A stretch of DNA of 64,000 nt from Mytilus californianus. Lineage: Eukaryota. Position 1 is the first letter of the stretch. Each line of letters begins with the position of its first letter. Below are positions 1 through 13,454 of the stretch, piece after piece. The notes below the pieces were generated by a model that saw only the letters and a list, made by a program, of their open reading frames with translations, had not been told where the DNA came from and made no database searches. The stretch is from contig NW_026262581.1 of the NCBI RefSeq assembly GCF_021869535.1, forward strand, positions 62,558,001-62,622,000, written 5' to 3'. Both the position numbers and the translations under genes were made by a program.

Positions 1-3
1 TGA

Positions 4-231
4 GTGACGTTCTCTAGCTTGCAAAACCTTAACTGGATCGGTCTTGAAGCTTCCGGTCATACGTACGATGACCAATACGGTTCCTACCATGCATCTTATG
101 ATGCTGACCCAATGACGTCAAGAAACAATAATATATGGGCCACACTATATTTTGCGACAAATTATCAATCAAACATGGTATTTCATAATTATGTTAATGG
201 TATCTCGTATGAAATTCAATTTTCAAATTAG
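4..231 (+). CDS. Possible 3' terminal coding exon of a gene entering from the left edge; product unknown
   Basis: 75 open codons ending in TAG, less AT-rich than the flank and with protein-like composition (NLNWIGLE...YVNGISYEIQFSN*). There is an in-frame TGA at 1-3 and only a weak acceptor (tgag), and no domain was recognised. Confidence 0.25.
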   Translation: MTFSSLQNLNWIGLEASGHTYDDQYGSYHASYDADPMTSRNNNIWATLYFATNYQSNMVFHNYVNGISYEIQFSN

Positions 232-885
232 CAGATGTCTTGTGGTTAGCCTTGATCTTTTAAATGTGAGTTGATCCTCCTAGACGGCCAAGTACATAAA
301 GCTTTCTTAACTAATTGGGTATTAAGAGTCTTAAAATTTCCAAAAGATCTGTTTGGGATACGACCGGGTTTTTTTAATTTTATTATTTAATTTGTTTTTA
401 GCAACGTTAAATATGCTGAAATCTCATTTACAAACTGTATAATAGTATTTAAATCACTGCTTTGATAAATAAAAGGGACATGGTTTACCTTTTTAAGTTT
501 GACATTTGCAGTTTCCCAAAAGTTAGTTACTAGAAAAAAAATGAAATAAACAGTACTTAAATTTGAAAGTGGTAAATTGAAGACAGATTTTTCAATTTAA
601 ACATTTAAGTCAAACAATCTTAACTAGGCATAAAATTGTTTAACTATCCCTAATTTCAAAAGAAACTTTATATTTATTATCCTAATTAGTAACAATTTAA
701 ACCCGTTAAAAAGATAAATGTCACTTTAACGTTCTTGTCACGCAGACACTATAACAGGCATGCAGACTAGTCGCTCGGATCTTAACTCAACCAATTTCAC
801 CCCCAAGAAAACTTAACAAGCATATTTTTAAAGAATAAAATCCAAAAATATGGATACAAACATGCTGGGTTTTTCTCATTGTTAA

Positions 886-985
886 AGGCCGCTTGGAGAC
901 CTATAACTGCTTATATCCACGTCATTTGAACTCTGGCAAATAGTTGCCTCATTGGCAATCATATCACATCTCTGTATTTTTATAT
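886..985 (+). mobile_element. 3'-terminal fragment of the family B retroelement tail
   Basis: GGCCG..GACCTATA..GTTG.CTCATTGGCAATCATA.CACATCT matches the ends of the copies at 46870-46970 and 54555-54650. Confidence 0.65.
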
Positions 986-2074
986 GGGATTTCATACTGA
1001 ATTTTACGAAAGATTTAGAAGACGAACCCACTGAACTGACAACACACATTGATGTGCTTAAAGTAAATAACATTTATTTAAAAAGGAAAATAGCCTTGGA
1101 CAAGATCAAGCTCTTTTTCAGGTCCATATTTATCGAGCTCCTAAGGATACTATTGTAAACCTATGTAAAGTTTAGAAACGAAAATATATGTTCTGCTAAA
1201 TTGACATAAAGACACTGCATTTAATGAATAATAAATTAAATCAGTCTTTATTCTGTTTCAATGTTACTCGATGTTTTGACAGCTATCAATATAAAATATA
1301 TTTCTGGATGATTAGTTCCCTTTGTTAACATAGGTTTTGTATTTTTAAAATTAGTTTTAAATAGATTTTTGTATAAATTTGTAAGACCGAGAAACTTGAC
1401 AGTTTAACCCAGTTTTGACCCGTATTGTTGTCTAATCTCTTATATCAAATTATTGGCTATAGTTTAGTCAAAAGCAGCTGCATGCATTTTGTTTTACGCG
1501 GTCAAGTCTCTCAATTTAAGAAACATTATTTCATTTCAAAGTCACGAAAACTCTTTGTAAAGTTACGGACAAATATAATGCCTACTCATTTTAAGATCAG
1601 CTTCGAGTATGACAGGAAAGAATTATTTCGATGCTTTTAAAATTAAGATTTTTTGGCGTTTGAGGCAGACCTTTCAGACACATTCGAAAGGCAGCCATTT
1701 TAGTTTGAGTGAATCAAAATACATTCTAAAAAAAAAAACTCAAGTGTTTCACGATTTAAGTGTACAAATGCATATAGACTTAACGATTTTATTGAACTTA
1801 ATAGCGTGCAACTCACATAGAAAATTCCATTTTAACTCTTGCTTCGTTTTTTTTGGGGGGGGGGGGGGGGGGACCAGGTTGTCATGTTAGAATGTCGATT
1901 AGTAAACCAGTCCATTTGAGCTGTTCATGTATTGGATAAACGATATCATCAGCTGAATGAATCTGTCCTTATATATATAATTATTTTAGCGAGTTTTCAA
2001 GAAGTTTGAAATCGAATAAAAGTGATGTTTAAAGATGTCTTTGGATGATTAGAATTCTAAAATTGAAGGTTGAA

Positions 2075-2200
2075 AGACACTATCATGGATGGCTAAATGA
2101 GAAAACCCAACAAGTCCTCAAAACATTACGCCGACTACTAAAGACTAAGCAACAAGACTCCAATGAAAACCAGGTGCTTCAGAAAGGTAACAGTTCCTCG
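2075..2200 (-). mobile_element. Diverged fragment of the Penelope-like family A 3' UTR
   Basis: CTAAAGACTAAGCAAC...CAGGTGCTTCAGAAAGGTAACAG resembles 29910-29970 and the reverse complement of 47710-47790. Confidence 0.4.
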
Positions 2201-3115
2201 GATCAAGATACACGACACCGATAGATGGACATTTAGTTATTTTTAAGTCGCAAAAAAATTTGAATAGAATTAATTATAAGTTGATTAAAATAAACATAAT
2301 TTAGTCATTCTTTTATCTTCTTCTTTCGTTATATTAATACTCGGTAATCTTATATTGTTACCAACCGCGTGACAATGCAATTTAAAGTTCAAGCGTTCTT
2401 TCTTATTTAAGATTACATAATAGTTTAATTTTGATAACATAAGAGATTGTTGTATAATTCAATACATGTTTACAAATATTTCACATTATCAAGTATAAAC
2501 AGTAGAGTTTAATCGCTCAATTCTCGCATTTCCTTTTACAAAAGAGGTATAAAATCTTACAAATTTGCCAAGGGTTACTTCTTTGTGAACGCACATGGTC
2601 TTTTTCCTTATTTAAAACGGTATTAGATACTTTTAGCTTCAACTGGTATTGGTTATAAGTTAAAAGCAGTAAGGTCAACAGTTTAAACGATACCCATACT
2701 AGTTGTATATAGAGTAAAAGTTTGTGTAAATAAATTATTTGAAACAAAGCACTTCAGTCGTTTAAGGGTTATACTAATCTAATGGCGTTTTTCATTCATG
2801 ATTTTTCACATGAGGAGAGGAATTCAGACATTTTATTGAATTTCTACGGAAAAAATCATATGATCCAGGCGAATGAAGATGTACACAATTTGATTATTAT
2901 ACCAAGGTGACTGTCTTGGACTTGCTTGCTTCAAAGTGCCAAATTGGAGAAAAATACCACCCTCTCTCGAAACTTTTCTTTGAATATTAGCACATGGAGA
3001 GTTAACTGAAACCAAATTTGTAATCAATCCTACAAAAAACTTTGCTAGTCTTGTAACTGGGACTTTTACAACAGAGCTTCGAGTATTCAGCATATATCTT
3101 AACATACATGTATAC

Positions 3116-4123
3116 TTACTTTCCACGTTTAGCTTTTGATTTTGGACTAGCACTGCTTTTTGATCGTCCACTTTTCGGTCGTCCTTTTCCCGATTTGGGT
3201 CGAGAGGTTTCAGGCTGAGGTTCAGGTATAAGATCTTTTTTTGGTTCTTCGGTCGGCACTGCATCTGTAACATTTAGGTCTTCTTCTGACGATGAATCCT
3301 CTTCAATTGAATAAAAATGAAGCTTCGCTGAAGGTAGATTTCTTTTGAGAAAACTAGGATCCATAGAAACACTTGAAGAGGTGTTTGAGCAGTTTTCATT
3401 GTCATCAAATACACTGTCATTCATTTCTGACTTTACCCAATCTAATTCCTCTGAACACATAGAGCCATTTGGAATAAGCCTAAACTCACTGTTGTTGGAT
3501 ATTGTTGATACAGACCTAGCTGACTGCACTTTTGGTGAAACACACGACACTGTATACTCTCTATTGCTTCTACATAATGTTTGCTTTATCTGAGGTTGTA
3601 TTGTCTGCGATTTCAAATGGTTAAATCTAGTTGGAATCTCTGACTGTGACCTAAGACGGATAGAATTCATAATATTGCTTCTTTTGTTGTATAAAACACT
3701 TCCGTTATGTGTTGGTCCATTATGTCCTGACATAATACGAGATGGAATTTCAGATAGAACATTTCTTTGATCATTGCGATGAGTATAGACGTCCACGGCA
3801 TTATCAAACATCTTTAAACTGTATTGCCGTAAATTCTCACTGTCAACTTGAGCTTTTTTTACTTTCTCTGCTGTTATTTTTCGAACGATATGTTGTCCGT
3901 CTGCATTTTTTCTAGACTCCATGTGGCTGTATTCCATTGGATATTTAGTAAGGTTTCGTTTCTGAAATGGAGAATCACACGGTAGCATTAGTTTTCTTTC
4001 TCTCGACTTTCTACCTAATAATCTCGCATTCAATTTCATATTTCGAAATCGCATGTCTGATTTGTATGGTGGGGATGTTCCTATATGAGCAGGAACTGCC
4101 CAAACTTCTGTTTCATCTGGCAT
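3116..4123 (-). CDS. Uncharacterised 335-aa Ser/Arg/Lys-rich, probably disordered protein (single large exon)
   Basis: This is the only long uninterrupted ORF in the window. It has an in-frame TGA 7 codons upstream of the ATG, an acidic patch (EEDSSSEED) and a basic tail with RPKSG twice. AATAAA lies on the minus strand at 2832-2837. No domain was recognised. Confidence 0.75.
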   Translation of the reverse strand: MPDETEVWAVPAHIGTSPPYKSDMRFRNMKLNARLLGRKSRERKLMLPCDSPFQKRNLTKYPMEYSHMESRKNADGQHIVRKITAEKVKKAQVDSENLRQYSLKMFDNAVDVYTHRNDQRNVLSEIPSRIMSGHNGPTHNGSVLYNKRSNIMNSIRLRSQSEIPTRFNHLKSQTIQPQIKQTLCRSNREYTVSCVSPKVQSARSVSTISNNSEFRLIPNGSMCSEELDWVKSEMNDSVFDDNENCSNTSSSVSMDPSFLKRNLPSAKLHFYSIEEDSSSEEDLNVTDAVPTEEPKKDLIPEPQPETSRPKSGKGRPKSGRSKSSASPKSKAKRGK

Positions 4124-5429
4124 TTTCAGTCTACTAAAATCTCATGCCCAAGTTCAACTTCTCAAATAACTGTCTATATCAAGTGTTGTTGACTCAGTGA
4201 TCGCACACTAACGATGACTTAACATACTGAGTATCCTTACAACAATCAAACCAATCGAAAGATAGCAAGAAATAATAAAAGAACATATACAAATTTCCAC
4301 TTTGCAATTTTACGTTAACATCAATACACCATACATACAAGATAAAGTACTTGTTATATCATAACCATAATCGGAGTTGGGTATTTAAAAACTTATTGGT
4401 TCAATAGCGTATTTTACTAAGTAACCAAGGGTAAGAACTAAAGTGTTATTCACCCGTTGTACGACTCTTTTATTTAGTTACATTGTGTTACTTGGGCTAA
4501 GTCGATTCATTTAATAATAGATAAAACATATTTGATAGTGTACTGGTACAAGTAACGATTACTTTCGTCACAATATCGGATTTTCATATTAAAGTTAATC
4601 AAAAGTATATGAAATATTATATTGACCTGCATTAGTTAAAGAAAAGTGTTTAATCACGGGATTATATTGTGTGCCATAACCTCTCATTTTTATCAATAAT
4701 GAAATTGACCTAAAACTGTCCCATATTTATGACAAAAAAATGTGTAAAACAAAAGCTTTTTTTCGTTGTTAAAGCTACATTTTTAACCAGTTTTCAATGA
4801 CTCTTTAGAAGTCGTCAGGAGCCCCATTGACGGGTCAATTTTATTGATATAAAATAAATTATGTGATTATTTTAACATGAATGGTACTTTGAAACTCTAA
4901 AGTAAACATGGATTTCTTTATAATGATATATACAGTGCGATATTTACTTCTTGGTTGTAAAATAGCAACAATCAAACTATAAAGATACCGTTCACAAGAG
5001 GTAGGCGACATGAGGGAAACACATTTATCTCCTGGCACGTGAATGTCTGAGTGTATTAGTAGCCTAAGGGTGAAAAATACAAAAGGTCTATTTCTTATTT
5101 GTTATACCGGTATGATAGAGCTAGGTATTTATTTTATTGTACGTTCCTTTATTTCCTTGATCGCAATTAAAAGGGGGAGGGGGTTGAGATCTAAACAAAC
5201 GATTTTAACTGAAAAAAGAGTAATTTGCCTTCTCTTTTATGGAAACTCGTCTTTGTCTTTAGTTTCAATCTTAATGTGTATTGATTTTCATTTGAGGAAT
5301 TTTGTGTTGATAGAAGATCTTCTATGGTCTGTTTTACAACTGTTGTTGGTCTTTTCGTCGTTTTTATTTTTGGCAATAGCATTGTCTTTTTTCGACTTTT
5401 GGTTTTTGATTGTCCCCTTTGTATATTCT

Positions 5430-6150
5430 GCCTCTTTTTGTGTGTAGATTCAAGGCCATAGATTGCCATATTGTAAAACACCTGTCTCTTTTTGTGTGTA
5501 GATTCAAGGCTATACATAGCTTGCCATATTGTGAAAACACCTATATATTTTCGGGTGCAGATTCAAGTTCATAAATAGCTTGTCATATTGCGTAAACACC
5601 TGTCTATTTTCGTATGTAGATTCAAGGCCATACATAGCTTGCCATATTGTGTAAACACCTGTCTCTTTTTGTGTGTAGATTCAAGGCTATACATAGCTTG
5701 CCATATTGTGTAAACACCTGTATATTTTCGTGTGCAGATTCAAGTTCCGTGATAAATAGCTTGTCATATTGCGTAAACACCTGTCTATTTTCGTGTGTAG
5801 ATGCAAGGCCATACATAGCTTGCCATATTGTGCAAACACCTGTCTATTTTCGTGTGTAGGTTCAAGGCCATACATAGCTTGCCATATTGTGTAAACACCT
5901 GTCTCTTTTTGTGTGTAGATTCAAGGCCATAGCTTGCCATATTGTGTAAACACCTGTCTATTTTCGTGTGTAGATTCAAGGGCCATATTAGAGCTTGCCA
6001 TATTGTGTAAACACCTGTCTCTTTTTGTGTGTAGATTCAAGGCCATACATAGCTTGCCATATTGTGTAAACACCTGTCTCTTTTTGTGTGTAGATTCAAG
6101 GCCATAGCTTGCCATATTGTGAAACCACCGGTCTATTTGTGTGTGTAGAT
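5430..6150. repeat. Minisatellite, about 12 units of 59 bp (55-63 bp variants)
   Basis: Unit TGTGTAGATTCAAGGCCATACATAGCTTGCCATATTGTGTAAACACCTGTCT... with anchors at 5499, 5558, 5617, 5676, 5735, 5798, 5857, 5916, 5971, 6032, 6091 and 6146. Confidence 0.95.
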
Positions 6151-9100
6151 GTATAAGCAATAAAAATTAATGATATAGATATATGTAGATCGAATTATCT
6201 TGAGAAAATTTAAAACTTCGGAATTGACCTAAATTGTATCTTTTCAAACAGTAAAATTTGTTTTAAATTCGATAGGACATTTTATCATCTATACATGCTA
6301 TAGTAATTTTAATGTTATCAAATATATGCAGCAGGTATTAACTTTATATCTCCATAAAATATGGATAGGCAATAATTTCCGACGAATGCATTATAGGCGC
6401 TTTTATTTGTTATCAATACTTCCTTAAAATACATCTTATTTTTATTTAATCCTGTATGGTGCATTAGCATACCAATAACATGTTATTGAAAGATGATATT
6501 TATAGACAACACGATAAAAGGTACGTAGATACAAGTTTGGCAGAATTAAAAAAAAACATATTTCTAGCTTTTAAATGGTATATGGTAATTAATTCTTTTA
6601 TAAAATCCTTATTAAACGTAAAGATAGAGTTCGACTTTTTACAGGTTTAAATAAAGGAACAAAATTTAATTTTGATTGTTTTAAGGAAAAACAAATTAAT
6701 GTCAGATAACTGCCAACCGTGAAAATAATCAGGGGCTCTGAAGCCCAAGTTTTACTAACACACACAATATCACGACTTGATTGGATAGTTGCGTCTTTGT
6801 CATACAGGAGAAGGTACATTTTGGGAATAAGTTGGCCTTCTAAATCTACCGAAAATGGAAAAAAAGGTATGATACCATAATTATTCATATATTTCAAAAC
6901 TTCTGAATGAGGGCTTTCAGAAGATTGAAAGGTTAGCTTATAAGCTTATAGGCTTAACGACTGACTGTGACGTCAGTATAGTCATCATATAATAAATATG
7001 GGCTATGGTTCATTTTTGCTAAATAATAGAGACCAAGTGTTTTGCCAGCAAATACTAGAATACAAAGATGCACAAAAAATATATTAAAAAAATCGTTCAT
7101 GCAGGTATAAAGGATTGTGCGATATATATTGTTTGTAGCAAGATTTTGTGCAGTTTCGCGATTCATGCTAAATTTACTGTCTGGTCATTTATATCCTATG
7201 AAAAGCAAGTATTACAAACCAATGATGCAATCTTTCATAAATGTTTATAGATTTTTATATTATTCTGTAGATTGGAGAAATGCTGAAATAAAATATTTTA
7301 TTCCAGGTCTAATCTGACCTAAAATCGTACCAACTATGAAATTTTTGCAACATAAAATCAATCAATTAGTCCGTACACTGGTTTTATTCGATAAAAAAAC
7401 CCGTAATGTGTAATATATATATATAGCTTATTGTCAAAATCATCCATGAGGCAAAATTGATTTAAGACGATTTTGACCTATCTATTAAGACCATTTTATT
7501 TTTTAAGATCCTAACGTTTACTATATTTTGACTCCTTTGAAGTCCATGCATTGGTGTGAAAAACCCTTAAACCTAATATGATCAAACAAGAAAAGTATTG
7601 TATTATTCCAATGGGAGCTGTTAGAAAAATTGCAGGACAAATTTCTCAATTCGTAAGAATAGCAAATACAGTTTTGATATAGGAACTTCCCCACCCCCCG
7701 ACCCGCCCAAAAAAAATCAATTTGAAGAAGCTGGGTGTATTTTTAAGTTACTGTACAGGTTGTATATTTAAAAACCACAAAAGTAATATAAAATCGATAA
7801 AAATTAGGATTTTGAAAAGCCTATTCTCAAACCAGAGTTATATCTGAAGACTTTGAGGTGAAAATAGTTTTTGTATTATACGCGTCATTTTATCAAATGA
7901 AAGGTACATACAAATAAATTAATTTCACGGAATGTTGATTATTCCCTTTTTAATACTTTTTAACGCAATAAATAAAAACTTATCAAAGGTACTTTTTAAA
8001 TATCAGTTTCAATTCTCTTTATTTGAATGTGACATGAATAAAAATTAGATTATTAAGTAATCATCAAGTTATTAGTATGTTAACGCTTCATCTTTCATCA
8101 AAGGATTTTTTATATGATCGAAACAAAATTGAATACCATACTGCTTCAATGAACAGCAATCAGGAACGTGCAAATATTAAATTAACAACTGATGCAAACA
8201 ATATTGCTTTATTAAACATTGTTTAGCATGCGAAGACGTGCCTTTTTTTTTACTGAAACTACACATATTCTAGCTATAATTAAGTATACATTCTGGTCGT
8301 CCTTTAGGCAGAGATAAATAATTTAGAAGTATTTTACTTACTTTTGTTTTTTCACTGAACAAACTGATAGAGGCGAGCTAAGTGATATAAAACGCCACCA
8401 CATACTTTATATGAAAGTCCCAATCGGCAACTTTATCTGTGGATGCCGCTATTTGATTTGCAGAAAAGAAAAAAATATAAAGGCCACTTTTTGTACTTAG
8501 ATATCAGTACTCAATTTAGTAATTTTGTCTTTTTTAACGTTATGCGTTCAAACTTCGGGTAGTTAAGTAAAAACTGACAAAACAACCTTGTTATGAGATC
8601 TTCATATACACATTTTTTTATATATACTTCTGATATATTTATCTACATGATGTCATATATTTATAATTATGCTGATGTCAGTGAAACATCCTTTGGCTGA
8701 AGCTGTTATGCATATTTAATTTTATTCATCTTTAAACTTGGTGTAAAATGACCATTTAAGGTCAAAAACATGTCAGCTACATGTCAATTTTGACATGTTG
8801 ATGCTACTCTTTTATGTTTATTTTCAGGTTTAGGACTATTTAATTTATTCACAACCAAACGACGTTTATTAAACTTTTAACATATTAGTTACGTCCATTC
8901 CGAATATCAAACAAATGGTTCACGAAATGTTTTAACTTTTTGTAAATGAGTGTGTGGATGAGGGTTCCTTAATTCTGTATTCTGTAAATTTTTAGGCTAT
9001 TGTTCTCTATTCAATAAACCCTATCCAGACCCTCATAAATCAAGATATAAGGCAATTCGGAATTCATAGTTCCTACTCAGTTTCTTCTTATACAAAATAT

Positions 9101-11974
9101 GAATGTAATGTCTGATATTTATTAATTAAACTTATTCACTTATTAAAAGAATGATATGAACACGGTCAATTACCTCGTTTAAACTTTTATCTACAAAATA
9201 GCTGCTTTACTTAATGAAAGAATCAGTTCCCCTTATATAGTCACATTCTACATAAGTCAAACGGAAAAAGTCAGAAAATATTGAAATTTTATTTCTCATA
9301 ATATTAGATCTCAATTTGCAGAATGATTTATCCCAGTGTACAGTTATAAAGAAGAAGTTAACAAAGATTACCGAAAATATTGGATCCTGCATCAACCACC
9401 GAATACACAGAGATAATATACAAAGAAATTAATAAAGAATAACTTATGAGCAAGATAAGACCCAGCTCGTACAGGCATACAGTATGGTGGGGTTTAGTAG
9501 TTATTGTGGTTCTGGACTAAAAATCAGAATGAAAAACGACAAAAACCAGCTGTTTGAAGCCTTTTAAAACTTATTGGTATACTTGTGAAATATCCACCGA
9601 TACTAACTTTGTTTGCACAACATATATTTTTGGAATACCATTAGCAAAAAGCTGGGAAGGCTAAACATAGTTAAATTATTGAAAGCATAACACCAAATCC
9701 TAGTTATCCTTTAAGTTGTGTGTCGTTGGGTTGTTGTCATATTGACGTATACAATATATCATGTTATTCATATTTCACAGAATCAAAATCTGAGAATAAG
9801 ATGTAAGATTAACTTTAAAATGATGAATTTTATAAATATAAGTTTGTAGGAAATGCAATTTATGTTTTTTACACATGGACAAAATACCCTGATTATTTCT
9901 AAGTGCTGCAGTATCTATTTTTGTTAGCATTACGTTATTACCTTAGTTCGCTTTAATATAAGGATATAATGAAAATAGAAGAAAAAAAAATAAATGAAAA
10001 ATAGTTTCAATTGTATACATGATCGTCCGAAGGGGACCTTGCCATTTTCGAAGTTATGTCAACAAAATTTTTAAGAATATTTGTTTGATTATATTTTGTC
10101 GTCAGCAACCCCCAGTCCATCTGATGAATACTATATACCCCGTATGCTTTTTTCAATTATCTTTACCAAATACATATATTAAACTTCAAAATGTGAAATT
10201 GTGAATTATTCATTTATTTAATTTGAAAGGCACTAATATAATGTATTTTAATAGAAATGTAGTATTCAAACACAATTTCATATTAGCAATGCAATTGGAA
10301 CTTACCCACACAAGCGTCTTTTCTGTTGATCTTACCATTGCGCATACAGACAAGATGCCACTGTTTATTGTGCAATTATTGCGTCAAGTGAACATAAGAC
10401 TATCTCATTAGTCAAAAGCCATTTAATACATTTAAAGTTCTATTTATTTCCATTACTGAGTTTTGACAAAATCAAATATTTAAAGAAGGAAAGGTTTAAC
10501 AACGTGTTGTTATAATTTGAATAAGTAATGCTTATAACATGTAATACCACATTCAAACTTCGCAAATTTTTATTTAAATCTTTCGATAAAAAATATGATA
10601 ATACGAGTCAAGTTTCCACTTCAATAGAAGAATGAATTGTAAAATAGTTCAACATAATTACATATAAACACCACGTGTAGGCTCAAGTTCAAGCCTTGCA
10701 TTGACCTAAAATTAAAAGTAATAATAAAGAACAAAGTACTTACAATGGTGTATTTTCAATTGAGAACTCCTTACATCTATGTATGCTGTAAATTCTTTCT
10801 TTAATACGATTTCCAATAAAAAGAAGGAAGCATATCCTTTACAACTTAAACTAAATAATTCATTACATGACTTTGCTTCTTATTGAACACTTACGAGACA
10901 GAGTGAGTTATTGAACTGTAACTAGACACTGATACTTTTACAATCGTTAGTGAATCAGAAGTATTTCAGATTGACCCAATACATTACTATTTAGTGACAC
11001 ATGGTAGTGGTTCATTAAGTACCAATATCAGAATGTATTTCTGGTATTTTGGGCTTTGTTGTTTGTGTGATTGATTGCTGGCTGCTTAGCTTGAACAATA
11101 TTTATTTGAATAAATCATCACACAAGAATATATGCACGATAAAATAACTAGGAATCAGAAACAAGCAGAGATCTTTTTATAAATCTGTCTCCTTGTGAAC
11201 AGATAATGTTCTAACATGGTCAAATTGTAAATTGTGGCATGCTCTACAACTCATATATGCATATGAAAAATATGATAGAAAAATACTGAATAAAAATTTA
11301 AATATGGTGCATAGTTTACAGTGTGAAATGCTTAGATTGGTTGGTGAAATTCGCAGTTGAGAAAAAATCATGCATTAAAAGGAAAATATATATTGAAAAT
11401 TGAAAGATTTGGAAAGACAATTTTACTGCCACAAGAAAACAAGGGGAATTGGGTTGGTTCCAAAATGTTTCTGACAGCAGGCCACTTACGGACTCCACAA
11501 ACAATTGTTTACCCAAATTTGTTGATAGCAAAAGCGTTGCATTCTTCAAACACTTATTTGTCGCCCCCAACAGTACGAATAGGACTGTATCGGTTATCGT
11601 TATCATCATTTGCGTGACAAATTATTATTCTCTTCAAAACGTTCTCGGTTTACAGTTGCAATCGTAATGTTTTCGTCATTAGAATTAATATTGTAAAATC
11701 ATTCTAATGTGTGTAATTATAAGACATACAGCCATACTTAAAAAAACTAAGCCCCCGATAGGTCATAACTACTGCATGGGAGAAGTCAAGATTGCTATTT
11801 TCTACAAGAATGCGTAACGATAATATTTTGTATCGCTTTACATGTCTAGTTAACTATCAATTTACAGATAAAATTGTGCAGACAATAAGGTAAATTTAAT
11901 TTCAAGTTATGAGTTCTTTGATTTGTTCTTTTAAGAAATTCTTTGATTGCATGTTGCTAGTTAACGTCAAGGAG

Positions 11975-12310
11975 TAATTATTGTATGCATATTCAGGACG
12001 GGAACATATCAACAATTAATACAATAGGTAGGCCGACCATGAGGAAGACTGCCACTTGAAATGAAGGAAGGGGCAGAAAATTTGCATTGCAACAGGCCAC
12101 CTACAGACCCCTTAGAGGGTTGTTGCAAGGGTACTTTTCCGTATAGAAAGCGTGGCACCCTCTTCGAAAAGTCATCGGATTTTATTTTACAATCCGATTA
12201 GATGTGGCTGCGTTATTATACATCTCACACAAAGCCAAACGAACGCCCCACTTTAAAAAGGGTTTGACTGCTGGAACGGGAGAAGTCCAGGTGAACACAT
12301 TTCTATACAC
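11975..12310 (-). mobile_element. SINE-like element (family C), diverged copy
   Basis: Shares CAGGCCACCTAC.GACCCC, AGCGTGGCAC and CAAACG.ACGCCCCACTTT blocks with 13455-13828 and 30415-30830. A more decayed copy lies at about 11385-11530. Confidence 0.7.
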
Positions 12311-13454
12311 AAGTCAACCCTTGGGGTAGGAAACACATTGAACAATTGGATTGGAGCAATTTCACACAACACACTGACACAATTGTGGAACTTGTTTTCC
12401 TAAACACACATAAATTATCATTTGGCTGCCACATTTCAATGCGATACGATACAGCTACAAGGGAGGTTATAAAGTCGCAAATGTAAAATATTATTTTTCG
12501 CGACGTCGCTTCAAATAACATTAAATTTGCCATAACGTCGCCTATAGACCAATTTCGAGTTCCCTTTTGATGAATGAGTTAGGCCGATTGACCTCGGTTA
12601 CATTGAACAATCGACTCTTACTGAAACTTAATTACATAAGCATTATATGAAATATACGGGAAATGCATGCAAGACTTTGAAAATCGTCTATTGAAATATC
12701 GGATATTCGCGGAAAAATTCAACGTCATAATACCGGTTATCAGATTTCGCGGTTCAAAAGCGGACACCCAGACTATCGTTAAGAAAGGGAAGAGAGAACG
12801 AAAGGATTGGACTTCCAAATGAATGTAAAGAAATAACGTAGAAAGGAGAAAGAAAAGTTGAGGCAAAGAAGTTGTACAGTGCGACATGTTTTTCTTCCTC
12901 TTTGGAAATTTCATGGCAAGATGGTAGAAAAATAGTGGAGCCGAATGTTCTTGCCAATGCTTTACGGTCGTGTACAATGTGTTATATGTCCCAGCATTTG
13001 CACTATACCGGATCTGAAAAAACAAGGAAGTGAAAAGGAGAAAGTAGAGAGTACACTAAATAAAACACTTAAACGGGCACCATTCATTTACAACAAAGTA
13101 TATTCTTGAACAATTAAACGATTCACTGTAGAGAAAACAAACATATGCGACGTTGGAACTACCAAAAAAGAAAGTTTGCGTCTGCAGATTTACTCCACTG
13201 TATAACAGAATCAGGATTGAAACTTTTCATTTGAAGTTTGACTTTGAAAGAAAGGACCATATGGTGTGAAAAGCGATCTAACGAAAAACAGCGAGTAACG
13301 AAAAACACAACTATTGATATAATTGTGAAATATTTTCCTGCTAAAATGTATTTGCCCGTATGAACAGGATACCTGATCCATGTGTACAAGGAAACAATAC
13401 GAAAGTTTTATAGAAAATACATATAAAATAGCATTGATTGATTTATTGTCCAGT

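Noticed and set aside
4-60. WIGL motif suggesting a C-type lectin domain
   Set aside because: None of the conserved cysteines or the WND motif follows.
2833-3593. ORFs 2833-3273 (-) and 3345-3593 (+)
   Set aside because: These are shadow frames overlapping the 335-aa ORF, with no independent support.
5043-6160. Numerous 60-134-aa ORFs over the minisatellite
   Set aside because: They arise from a 59-bp unit that is not a multiple of 3, so frames shift every unit. These are repeat artefacts.
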